Shown: positions 1 through 7,997, counted from the first letter of the stretch. The stretch: 13,944 nt of DNA from an uncultured Pseudomonadota bacterium (GCA_913020725.1 CAJWCD010000100.1:1-13944), one strand, 5' to 3'. The notes: generated from the sequence alone by a model not told the origin. A program made the numbers and translations.

Positions 1-204
1 CAGGCTCTCCGCTCTTCTGGAGCAAATCCGGCTTTTGCCCGCTCACACTCTCCAAGCACTCTGTCTCTCAGGAAACGGGGCGCTTTGAGTTATTGCGGAA
101 CTATCATTATTGGTTTCCACTCACGGCAATTCCCGTTAGACTGACCATTCGATTTTAGGAGTGAAACCCCGTCCAAAACAATGTATCTCAAAAAGGAAAC
201 CGAA

Positions 205-795
205 ATGAGTGAGTTGACAACGAATCGGGAAACGGCGGTAAACACGCTGCTTGCAAAAGCGGTCGTCATTCAAAAGGAGAGGGCCATGAGCCGCAGTTCC
301 GTTGAGCGCATCCGGACGGCGCTGCTGGAACTTGCGATGCAGCGCGAATTTTGGAACGAAACCGATTACCCTGCGCCAGCAGGTGACGAACGCCAGAACC
401 GCTTCCTGATCGGCCAGGGCGAAAGCGGCGTCTCGCTCTACCTCAATGTGCTGTGTCCCGGCAAGCGGATTCCGCCGCACAACCACACCACCTGGGCCTG
501 CATCGCAGGCGTGGAGGGCGTGGAGGAGAACACATTCTTTGACCGTGTGGACGACGGCTCCGTTCCCGGTCGTGCCGAGATCACAACGCGAGAAGTCGTG
601 GTGGTGGGACCAGGGACAGGCATCGCCATGCTGGGTGAGGACATCCACAGCGTTGAGATCAAGGGCAGTCAAACCATCCGACACCTGCATTTCTATGGGC
701 GCCCCTTGGAAACGCTCGACCAGCGGATTTTCTTCGATCAGGAAGCCGGAACTTACCAGCTCATGGAAATGAGCACCAAGACCAAGACGCCATGA
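205..795 (+). CDS. Cysteine dioxygenase-like (thiol dioxygenase) cupin protein
   Basis: PPHNHTTW and EDIHS give a 3-His metal site; HLHFYG sits at the SxHxY position. AAGGA RBS precedes ATG 205 (ORF track starts at 181). Confidence 0.85.
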   Translation: MSELTTNRETAVNTLLAKAVVIQKERAMSRSSVERIRTALLELAMQREFWNETDYPAPAGDERQNRFLIGQGESGVSLYLNVLCPGKRIPPHNHTTWACIAGVEGVEENTFFDRVDDGSVPGRAEITTREVVVVGPGTGIAMLGEDIHSVEIKGSQTIRHLHFYGRPLETLDQRIFFDQEAGTYQLMEMSTKTKTP

Positions 796-802
796 GCTTT
801 CC

Positions 803-2407
803 GTGCAGAAGATAGCCCAAATCATTCCAGAAACGCTCAAGCAGCGGCTGACGACTGGTGCTGAAATCGCCTTGCTCGATGTGCGAGAATACGGGGAGTA
901 TGGCGAAGGCCACCCAATTTTTGCGGTCAACCTGCCGTACAGCCGCCTCGAAGCCAAGGCAGCGCGGCTCCTGCCCTGCCGCTCAGCGCCCTGTGTGCTG
1001 CTCGATAACGGCGACGGGGTCGCAGAAAAAGCGGCTCGTCGGCTCGGAGATCTGGGGCACTCCAACCTGGCGATTTTGGACGGGGGCGCCCCTGCATGGC
1101 AAGCCGCAGGGTTCACGCTCTACCAAGGCGTGAACGTGCCCTCCAAGGTGTTTGGAGAATTGGTGGAGCAGCAGTTTGAGACGCCGTCACTTGCGGCAGA
1201 AGACCTCAAGGCGATGCAGGAGCAGGGGGAATCGGTCGTGGTGCTGGACGGTCGTTCGCCCAAGGAATTCAGGAAAATGGCAATTCCAGGGGGGCGCTTC
1301 TGTCCAAATGCAGAATTGGGCTACCGCCTCCCCATGCTGGTTCCGGACGAAAACACTCCCGTCGTGATCAACTGCGCGGGGCGCACCCGTTCCCTGATCG
1401 GCGCACAGACGTTGCTCTCATTGGGGTTCCGGAACAAAATCTTGGCCTTGCGCAATGGCACCCAGGGCTGGCGACTTGCAGGATTTGAACTCGTGCATGG
1501 GGCTACGCCCACCGTGCTTCCGGAACCGGACGAAGCCCAGCTTGCAGCCAGTCGCATGCAAGCAAATGCCTTGCTCGTCAAAACCCAACTGCAAACCGTA
1601 GACGGCGAAACCCTGCAAACTTGGCTCTCCGATGACCGCCGCACCACCTACCTCTGCGATGTACGAACCGCCGAAGAATATGAGCGCGGGCATTTCACAG
1701 AAGCGCTCCATGCTCCGGGCGGACAACTGGTGCAGGCCACCGATGAGTGGGTGGCGGTGCGCAACGCCCGTATTGTGTTGACCGATGACACACAACTCCG
1801 TGCTGCAACCACCGCGATGTGGCTGCGGGCCATGGGGCATCAGGTTTGGGTGCTGGACGAGGATGCCTCACAAGCTCCGGAAACCAGTGCAAATGCAGCG
1901 TCTGATTCATCGACACTGCTGCCAGCGCTGGAACCTCATGAGTTGTCTGCACGACTTGCTGCCGGAGCAATTTTGCTAGATGTTTCGCCAAGCATGAACT
2001 TCCGGAAGGCGCACATCACCGGAGCAAACTGGGCCATCCGGCCCCGGCTGGATCAGCTTGACCTCGGCGGGGCATCTGAGATCATTTTAGCAGGAGGAGA
2101 TGTTTCCGCGATTTCCGGAATCGCTTTTGATCTACAGCAAAAATACGCAGTCCAAGTGTTGTGTTTACAAGGTGGGCCGGAGGAGTGGGCTGCGGCTGGC
2201 TTGAGCGTGGTCGCGACTCCGGAAATCCCATCCGATTCGGAATGTCTCGATTACCTGTTTTTTGTCCACGACCGACACGACGGCAATCCCGACGCCTCCC
2301 GGCGTTACCTTGCTTGGGAACTTGGCTTGGTCGCGCAGTTGGACGAACAGGAACGCTCGGTCTTCTCCCCGGATTCCATTCCACCAACCCTTGAGGAAGC
2401 AATATGA
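803..2407 (+). CDS. Multi-domain (four-domain) rhodanese-related sulfurtransferase
   Basis: Repeated rhodanese signatures (LLDVRE, VLDGRS, LCDVRT, LLDVS; LDGGAPAW, LRNGTQGW, LQGGPEEW). Active loop CAGRTRS in domain 2. GTG start is uncertain. Confidence 0.9.
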   Translation: MQKIAQIIPETLKQRLTTGAEIALLDVREYGEYGEGHPIFAVNLPYSRLEAKAARLLPCRSAPCVLLDNGDGVAEKAARRLGDLGHSNLAILDGGAPAWQAAGFTLYQGVNVPSKVFGELVEQQFETPSLAAEDLKAMQEQGESVVVLDGRSPKEFRKMAIPGGRFCPNAELGYRLPMLVPDENTPVVINCAGRTRSLIGAQTLLSLGFRNKILALRNGTQGWRLAGFELVHGATPTVLPEPDEAQLAASRMQANALLVKTQLQTVDGETLQTWLSDDRRTTYLCDVRTAEEYERGHFTEALHAPGGQLVQATDEWVAVRNARIVLTDDTQLRAATTAMWLRAMGHQVWVLDEDASQAPETSANAASDSSTLLPALEPHELSARLAAGAILLDVSPSMNFRKAHITGANWAIRPRLDQLDLGGASEIILAGGDVSAISGIAFDLQQKYAVQVLCLQGGPEEWAAAGLSVVATPEIPSDSECLDYLFFVHDRHDGNPDASRRYLAWELGLVAQLDEQERSVFSPDSIPPTLEEAI

Positions 2408-3237
2408 CGGAAGCCCTCAACCTGCAAAGCCGGGTGACGCTCAGTGATGGCAACACGATGCCGCTGTTCGGACTCGGTGTCTGGGCGGCCAACCCCGGAC
2501 AGGAAACTCAAGATGCGGTTTCGTGTGCCTTGGAAGTTGGCTATCGCCACATTGACACTGCCTCCATGTACGGCAACGAGCAGGATGTGGGCAGCGCCCT
2601 GAATGCCTGCGGGGTTCCCCGCAACGAAATCTTTGTCACCACCAAGGTCTGGGAAACCGAGCAGGGTTATGAACCCACACTGCGGGCTTTTGGGCAAAGT
2701 CAGCAAAAACTGGGGCTGGAGTTCGTGGACCTCTACCTGATCCACTGGCCTGTGGAGGGACAACGAGTTGACACATGGCAGGCACTGGAGCGTTTGCAGA
2801 ATGAAGGGCGAGTCAAATCCATTGGGGTGAGCAATTTCTCTCCAAGCCACCTCCAAGAGATCTTCGAGAGCGGAAAACAGCGTCCGACGGTCAACCAGAT
2901 CGAACTCAGCCCGTTTCTTCAGCAGCGCACGATTGCTGATTTTACACGCTCCGCAGGCATCCACCTCACCGCCTACTGTCCGCTCGCCCGTGGAGAACGC
3001 TTCTCGCACCGCAGTTTGCAGGACATCGCCGAGCAAACGGGTAAAACTCCAGCGCAAATCATGATCCGCTGGGGTTTGCAGCAAGGTCAAACCATGATTC
3101 CGAAATCCGTCAATCCGGTGCGTATTCGTCAAAATGCAGATGTTTTTGACTTCACCCTTAGCGACAAACAAATGCGTCTACTCGCTGAACTGGACGAGGG
3201 CTTTCGTTTTTGTCCAAATCCACTGGATCAGCCCTAA
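2404..3237 (+). CDS. Aldo/keto reductase (2,5-diketo-D-gluconate/glyoxal reductase-like)
   Basis: GYRHIDTASMYGNE, FVTTKVW, DLYLIHWP, SIGVSNF and IPKS; D/Y/K/H tetrad present. ATGA overlap with the rhodanese stop and GAGGA RBS. Confidence 0.95.
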   Translation: MTEALNLQSRVTLSDGNTMPLFGLGVWAANPGQETQDAVSCALEVGYRHIDTASMYGNEQDVGSALNACGVPRNEIFVTTKVWETEQGYEPTLRAFGQSQQKLGLEFVDLYLIHWPVEGQRVDTWQALERLQNEGRVKSIGVSNFSPSHLQEIFESGKQRPTVNQIELSPFLQQRTIADFTRSAGIHLTAYCPLARGERFSHRSLQDIAEQTGKTPAQIMIRWGLQQGQTMIPKSVNPVRIRQNADVFDFTLSDKQMRLLAELDEGFRFCPNPLDQP

Positions 3238-3256
3238 ATCTACTTCCGGAAAAATC

Positions 3257-4138
3257 ATGCCTGAACGCCGCAGTCACCGCTCTTTTATGAGTTACATTGA
3301 CAAGTCCCGCGAGTATTATGCCGCCCACGGTTATGACCAGCCCTACCAGTGGCCGTATCATCACGAGGTGCCCTTTGCGACCCTTAGCAAACCTTTGTCG
3401 GAATGCACGGTCGGGGTGGTTTCGACGGCAAGTTTGCCGAGCAGGGCGGAGCAGGTTGCGGCCTCATTCCGGCCCCCCAAGCATCCCTATGCCATTTCCG
3501 CAAATCCCATTCCTGAGTCTTTGTACACGCAGGATGTTGCTTGGGACAAGGAAGCCACACACACAGACGACATCAACACCTACCTGCCACTCCAGCGACT
3601 ACAGGAGTTTCAGCAGCAAGGCCGGATTGGGAAAAACTCCCGCCGCTTTTATGGAGCAGCCACAACTTACAGTCAGCGTCAAACCCTCGAAACCGATGCT
3701 CCCGAAATTCTCGCATGGTGCCGGGAAGACGAAGTGGATGTTGTGCTGCTGGTCCCCCTCTGACCGGTTTGCCACCAAACCGTGAGTTTGGTCGCTCGGC
3801 ATTTGGAAGCAAATGGAATTGCCACGGTGGTGCTTGGCTCAGCCCGCGACATTGTGGAGGAATGTGGAGTGCCGCGTTTTGTCTTCACAGATTTTCCTTT
3901 GGGAAATCCCTGCGGCAAACCGTGGGAGGTGCCCATGCAGCAAGCGGTGATCGGCACCGCCCTCGACTTGCTGGAAAAGGCGTGGCAGCCCCGCACCACC
4001 GTGCAGGCGCCGTTTGTGTGGACTCCGGACAAGAATGACCACTGGCGCGAACGCTTCATGCGCGTGGACGACTCCAATCGCGCAACCCTCGCCCAAGCCG
4101 GAGAAGAACGCCGGGAGCGTCAGCAAGCCCAGCGGTAA
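3257..4138 (+). CDS. Glycine/sarcosine/betaine/D-proline reductase selenoprotein B (GrdB/PrdB)-family protein, Sec at TGA 3761-3763 (U169, UxxC)
   Basis: ORFs 3134-3763 and 3782-4138 are in the same frame and separated by one TGA. Read-through gives EDEVDVVLLVPL-U-PVCHQTVSLVARHLEANGIATVV, the family active-site region. N-half has PFATLSKPLSECTVGVVSTA and DINTYLPLQRL; C-half has VPRFVFTDFPLGNPCG. 293 aa from ATG 3257 (alternative ATG 3287). Confidence 0.88.
3764..3799 (+). promoter_or_regulatory. Bacterial SECIS element (candidate)
   Basis: 7-bp stem ACCAAAC(3774-3780)/GTTTGGT(3786-3792), loop CGTGA with G in position 2, and 17 nt between the UGA and the loop. Lower pairing GC/GC and CCGG/TCGG. 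Confidence 0.75.
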
Positions 4139-4168
4139 AAAGCGGAGGTTCGCAAAGCTTGAAGCCTC

Positions 4169-5644
4169 TCAGCCCTGCGCGGCGTTGACTCCAGCCTGCC
4201 TCCCAAAGACGGAGCCGGACATCAAGCCCGTGCCTCCGGGATAATTGAAGTAAAAGAGGCCGCCGACCAACTCGCCTGCTGCGTAGAGACCCGGAATCGG
4301 CGCATGGTCATCGCTGATCACTTGGCTCGTTTTAGGATTGATCCGCAGTCCTCCGAAGGTAAAGGTGATCCCACATGTGATGTGATACGCCTCAAACGGT
4401 CCCTCGTCAATCGTGTTGGCCCAGTTGGACTTGGGCACTTCCAAACCCTCCGTGCCGCGTCCATCCTTGACATTCGGATTGAACGGAACCTCGCTACAAA
4501 CGGCAGCGTTGTAGCGTGCGATCTCGGTAAGAAATCCGGACTTGTCCACACCTTCCATTTTGTCTGCAAGCGTTTCCAGTGTTGGAGCCGAAACTTTGGA
4601 AACCTGCTTGATGCGGTACTCATCGCGCAAAAGATGTGTCACCTTCTGGTCGAACACCTGCCAAGCAAACTGATCCGGTTGTTCCAGCACAACCCGGCCA
4701 TACTTTGCGTAAGTGTAGTTCCGGAAGTCGGCCCCCTCGTCCACAAACCTCCGACCCCTTGCGTTGACCATGATGCCGAACGGATACGAGTGTTTCTGGA
4801 AACCATCGCCCACGGAGAGATCGCCGTATTCCGGAGCGTTGTAATCCCAGCCGACCGCATGGCATCCGGACCAGTTTCCGCACGATGAGGCTCCGATCTC
4901 GAGCGCCATACGGATGCCATCTCCGGTGTTGAAGGCCGTGCCCCGCACTTTCGCCATTTCCCAACCCGGACCCAAATAGCGGGTGCGCCATTCAACATTG
5001 GATTCAAATCCACCCGCCGCCAACACCACTGCATTGCCACGAATTTCATGAAGTTCGCCGTCCTTGCGAACCTTGACCCCCGTGACCTTGTGGCCATCAA
5101 ACAACAACGAAACCGCCCGTGCGTCATAGCGAATTTCAATTCCAGCCTTGCTTGCCAGTTCGGTTTCACGCTCCACCAGTCCGGGACCACCGCCCCACGC
5201 CTCCAGTGTCAGGCCACCCCAGAACTGGAAACGCCCCTTGACCTTGAACGCCTGCCGACCATAGATCGGCAGAAAACGGAGACCGTGCGAGTGCATCCAA
5301 CCCAGCGTTTCCCGCGAGCCCTGCACCAACTGTTCGCAGAGGTCCGGATCAGTCCGGAAGCGTGTGATGCGGAACATGTCATCGAAAAATTGCTCGGTGG
5401 TGTAAGTGCCAAAATCCGTGATGTCCAACTGCTCTTGCGAAAGCTCCGGACAGAGGGCGCGGATGTCCTCCACGCCATCGTAAGCAAAACGAATCGCCCC
5501 GGCAGTGAAGCGGCTGTTGCCACCGCTCAATTCCTGCGGAGCGCGTTCCAGCACCAGCACAGAGGCTCCGGATTCCCGTGCCGCTAGTGCTGCACAAAAA
5601 GCCGCGTTCCCGGCACCAATGATGATGACGTCGAATTCGTTCAT
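4169..5644 (-). CDS. tcuA: FAD-dependent tricarballylate dehydrogenase TcuA-like flavoprotein
   Basis: DVIIIGAGNAAFCAA FAD motif, SGGNSRFTAG, RGTAFNTGDG, ITFTFGGL and GLYAAGELVGGLFYFNYPGGTGLMSG. Start at ATG 5644 (MNEFD). Family call; substrate unproven. Confidence 0.8.
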   Translation of the reverse strand: MNEFDVIIIGAGNAAFCAALAARESGASVLVLERAPQELSGGNSRFTAGAIRFAYDGVEDIRALCPELSQEQLDITDFGTYTTEQFFDDMFRITRFRTDPDLCEQLVQGSRETLGWMHSHGLRFLPIYGRQAFKVKGRFQFWGGLTLEAWGGGPGLVERETELASKAGIEIRYDARAVSLLFDGHKVTGVKVRKDGELHEIRGNAVVLAAGGFESNVEWRTRYLGPGWEMAKVRGTAFNTGDGIRMALEIGASSCGNWSGCHAVGWDYNAPEYGDLSVGDGFQKHSYPFGIMVNARGRRFVDEGADFRNYTYAKYGRVVLEQPDQFAWQVFDQKVTHLLRDEYRIKQVSKVSAPTLETLADKMEGVDKSGFLTEIARYNAAVCSEVPFNPNVKDGRGTEGLEVPKSNWANTIDEGPFEAYHITCGITFTFGGLRINPKTSQVISDDHAPIPGLYAAGELVGGLFYFNYPGGTGLMSGSVFGRQAGVNAAQG

Positions 5645-5823
5645 GAGATTTTTTGAGGGTAGCGCGGAGTGGCACACCCGCGCTCACCAGACATGAGCAC
5701 GGGTACGCCACCCGTGCTACCGAAATACTTGACGAGTGCCGCAATCAGTGCGGCTTGAGCGCTGAGCAGGGCAGCAACCCACTTGACGATCTCCACTTTG
5801 GTTTCCGCGAAACCCGTGTCCAT
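5641..5823 (-). CDS. Small (60 aa) membrane-anchored protein resembling the C-terminal tail of DUF1640/CCDC90-like proteins; possibly a remnant
   Basis: GGAGG 7 nt before ATG 5823. FAETKVEIVKWVAALLSAQAALIAALVKYF is a hydrophobic tail. Its TGA overlaps the tcuA ATG (ATGA). Confidence 0.5.
   Translation of the reverse strand: MDTGFAETKVEIVKWVAALLSAQAALIAALVKYFGSTGGVPVLMSGERGCATPRYPQKIS
5659..5720. repeat. Inverted pair of GTAG-type REP-like palindromes (REPIN-like)
   Basis: Copy 1 (+, 5659-5686) is GTAGCGCGGAGTGGCACACCCGCGCTCA. Copy 2 (-, 5720-5694) is GTAGCACGGGTGGCGTACCCGTGCTCA. Each is a hairpin, with a 7-nt spacer between them. Confidence 0.7.
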
Positions 5824-6000
5824 AGTTGGACCTCCACATTCGTTCCCAAATGATCTCATGCTCTCACGATTCCTCCAAAAACTCAACGGCGTTTTTTCTT
5901 GCAGGTTCGCGATAAGGCGACCGATTTACCTCTTTCAAAGAGTAAGGTTTCGTGGCTCATCGCTGTTCCTAAGTTTGGGAATAGTGACGGATTTTCGGAG

Positions 6001-6789
6001 TCAGGTGGTGCGTCCCCAGAAGTACTGGCGCACTGCGTCACTGTTGGTTTCGTTGGGCTGTTCGGTGTAGCACAACACCGGCACCAAACGCGAGACACTT
6101 CCGGAAATTTCGGTGACACGGTGCAGGGTTTGGCGTCCTCCGAAAATCAGCAGCGAACCTTCCGTGAAGGGCAGACGGCAGACACCCTCGCGCTCACCAC
6201 CCAAAATGCGACTAACGAGGGTTTGTTCCTCCGGAAGTCCGCGGATCTGCGGAACGTATTCGAAAGCGCCACCGCACTCCGGAGATTGCAGCATGAGCGT
6301 GGTGGTGAACTCAGATTCGTCAAAGTGCCAGCCGTGCTTGCCGCCTGCCCGGAAGACATTGATGGAGCAGGCTCCCAATGGATCGGCAAAGTAATGCAAG
6401 CGAGGTTTGTCCAAGACCCGCCTGATCAGTTCCTTGAGGGGTTCCCACTCGTAAAGGGTACGCAGCAACCCATGCTCAGGAAGCAAATCGTAGGCGACCG
6501 AGCCGACCTCGGTTTGCTCCGGAGCCTTGGCGGGGTTTCCGTTTTTGTGGTCCCCGCCCTTTTCCAGATACACCGTGTGGGTGCCCCGCACAAAATAGGC
6601 TTTCCCCTGAAGTTTCCGGGCCTCCTCCTGAAGGGCTGTCAACGCACCGGGTTTGAGAAACTGCGGCAGGTGACAGAGTCCGTCCGCACGGTATTGAGCA
6701 GTCAGTTTGGCGGCAAACCGACTCCCGGAGGCGGTGTCCAGTTTCATCAAAGGGTAGCGGTCAAGGGCGACCAGTGCTGCGGGGTTCAT
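6001..6789 (-). CDS. Fe(II)/2-oxoglutarate-dependent oxygenase, BesD/HalD-like fold with HxD site (probable hydroxylase)
   Basis: HGWHFD, then GGAFEY, TLHRVT and SRLVPVLCY give the HxD...H...R motif. GGAG RBS before ATG 6789. The ORF-track extension to 7128 overlaps queA. Confidence 0.8.
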   Translation of the reverse strand: MNPAALVALDRYPLMKLDTASGSRFAAKLTAQYRADGLCHLPQFLKPGALTALQEEARKLQGKAYFVRGTHTVYLEKGGDHKNGNPAKAPEQTEVGSVAYDLLPEHGLLRTLYEWEPLKELIRRVLDKPRLHYFADPLGACSINVFRAGGKHGWHFDESEFTTTLMLQSPECGGAFEYVPQIRGLPEEQTLVSRILGGEREGVCRLPFTEGSLLIFGGRQTLHRVTEISGSVSRLVPVLCYTEQPNETNSDAVRQYFWGRTT

Positions 6790-6917
6790 GGCAAGTCTCC
6801 GAAAAAAGTGGCATTGGTGTCCAATTCCCATTCTAGTGCGCTTCTCTCGCGTTTCGCAATATTCCGGAATTTCATAGCACTGCGCTTCCGGGGGATGAGC
6901 CGTCGGCGTTGATTTCT

Positions 6918-7970
6918 TCAGAGAAGCAACATGCAGTCGCCGTAGCTGAAGAAGCGGTAGCGCTCCCGGATGGCCTCGGCGTAGGCGTTCAGCAAGGGGG
7001 CGCGTCCGCAGAGAGCGGAGACGAGCAGCAGCAGGGTGGATTTGGGCAGGTGGAAATTGGTGAGTAGCCCATCCACCATTTGGAATCGATAGGGCGGGTA
7101 GAGGAAGAGGTTGGTCCAACCGGAGCACTCCCGGAAGCCCTGCTGGGCAAGCGTTTCCAGCACTCGCACCGAGGTGGTGCCGATGGCGATGAGACGGTTC
7201 CGGGAGCGCGAAAGTTCCTTGAGGCGTTCTAGGGTTTCCGGATTGACGGAAAAGGCTTCGAAGTGCATGGAATGCTTCCGGACATCCTCAACCTGCACGG
7301 GCGCAAAAGTGCCACGCCCAACATGCAGCGTGACCTCCAACCGTTCGATGCCCCGCTGATCGAGGGCAGTGAGGATTTCCGGAGTGAAGTGCAAGCCCGC
7401 CGTGGGGGCCGCCACGGCTCCGGATTCCTTCGCGTAACAGGTTTGGTAACGTTCGCGATCATGTTGGGCTTCGGCGGATGAAACTTCCCGCCGCTTGATG
7501 TAGGGTGGCAACGGAGGCAGTCCGACGTCCTCCAGCACTTCCGTCAACGGCTCCTTGGTTTCAAACTGCAACAACCAAGTGCCGTCATCGCGGCGTTCGC
7601 GGGCGACTGCGAGCAGCAGCCCCTCGCCGAACTCCAGTTCCTCCCCTTGTTTGATACGTCCAGCTTTGCGGACTAACACGGACCAGAGGTTGGGTGCCTG
7701 TTCCTCCAGCAGCAGGGCTTCCAGCCGCGCTCCGCTGCGCCGCTTTCCCAGCAAGCGTGCGGGAATCACGCGGGTGTTGTTGAAAACGAGGGTGCAGTCT
7801 TCGGGCAGGAGAGTAAGCAGATCAGAAAAGGCGTGGTGGTGCAACTGACCGCTGGCACGGTCGAGCAGCAGCATCCGTGAGGCATCCCGCCGTTGTGGGG
7901 GATGCTGGGCGATCAGGTCTTCGGGAAGGTCAAAGTCGTAGGAATCCAGCAACCAGTCCGGTTGGCACAT
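6918..7970 (-). CDS. queA: S-adenosylmethionine:tRNA ribosyltransferase-isomerase
   Basis: YDFDLPEDLIAQHP, VFNNTRVIPARL, PLPPYIKR, RYQT, AVAAPTAGLHFT, TLHVGRGTF, GTTSVRVLE, TNFHLPKSTL and YRFFSYGDCM. Confidence 0.97.
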   Translation of the reverse strand: MCQPDWLLDSYDFDLPEDLIAQHPPQRRDASRMLLLDRASGQLHHHAFSDLLTLLPEDCTLVFNNTRVIPARLLGKRRSGARLEALLLEEQAPNLWSVLVRKAGRIKQGEELEFGEGLLLAVARERRDDGTWLLQFETKEPLTEVLEDVGLPPLPPYIKRREVSSAEAQHDRERYQTCYAKESGAVAAPTAGLHFTPEILTALDQRGIERLEVTLHVGRGTFAPVQVEDVRKHSMHFEAFSVNPETLERLKELSRSRNRLIAIGTTSVRVLETLAQQGFRECSGWTNLFLYPPYRFQMVDGLLTNFHLPKSTLLLLVSALCGRAPLLNAYAEAIRERYRFFSYGDCMLLL

Positions 7971-7997
7971 CAGCGAAACACTGGTGGCGCCGCGTGG

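Noticed and set aside
1..88. 3' end of an upstream gene (frame 2, RLSALLEQ...GNGAL*)
   Set aside because: Too short to identify or to distinguish from non-coding DNA.
792..815. ATG overlapping the dioxygenase stop as the rhodanese start
   Set aside because: It is out of frame and closes after 7 codons. A frameshift cannot be supported from the sequence alone.
136..1116. 326-aa minus-strand ORF and other long antisense ORFs (2305-3171, 5899-6912, 7893-8708, 12687-13097, 13114-13719)
   Set aside because: They are shadows of well-supported genes on the opposite strand and have no recognisable motifs.
3134..4138. Two separate genes (3134-3763 and 3782-4138) or a nonsense pseudogene
   Set aside because: Same frame, the TGA sits at the family's Sec position (UxxC) and a SECIS-like hairpin follows. 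The 3134 start also overlaps the AKR gene.
6319..6336. Calling the 2OG enzyme a halogenase
   Set aside because: It retains the Asp ligand (HFD); halogenases need Gly or Ala there.
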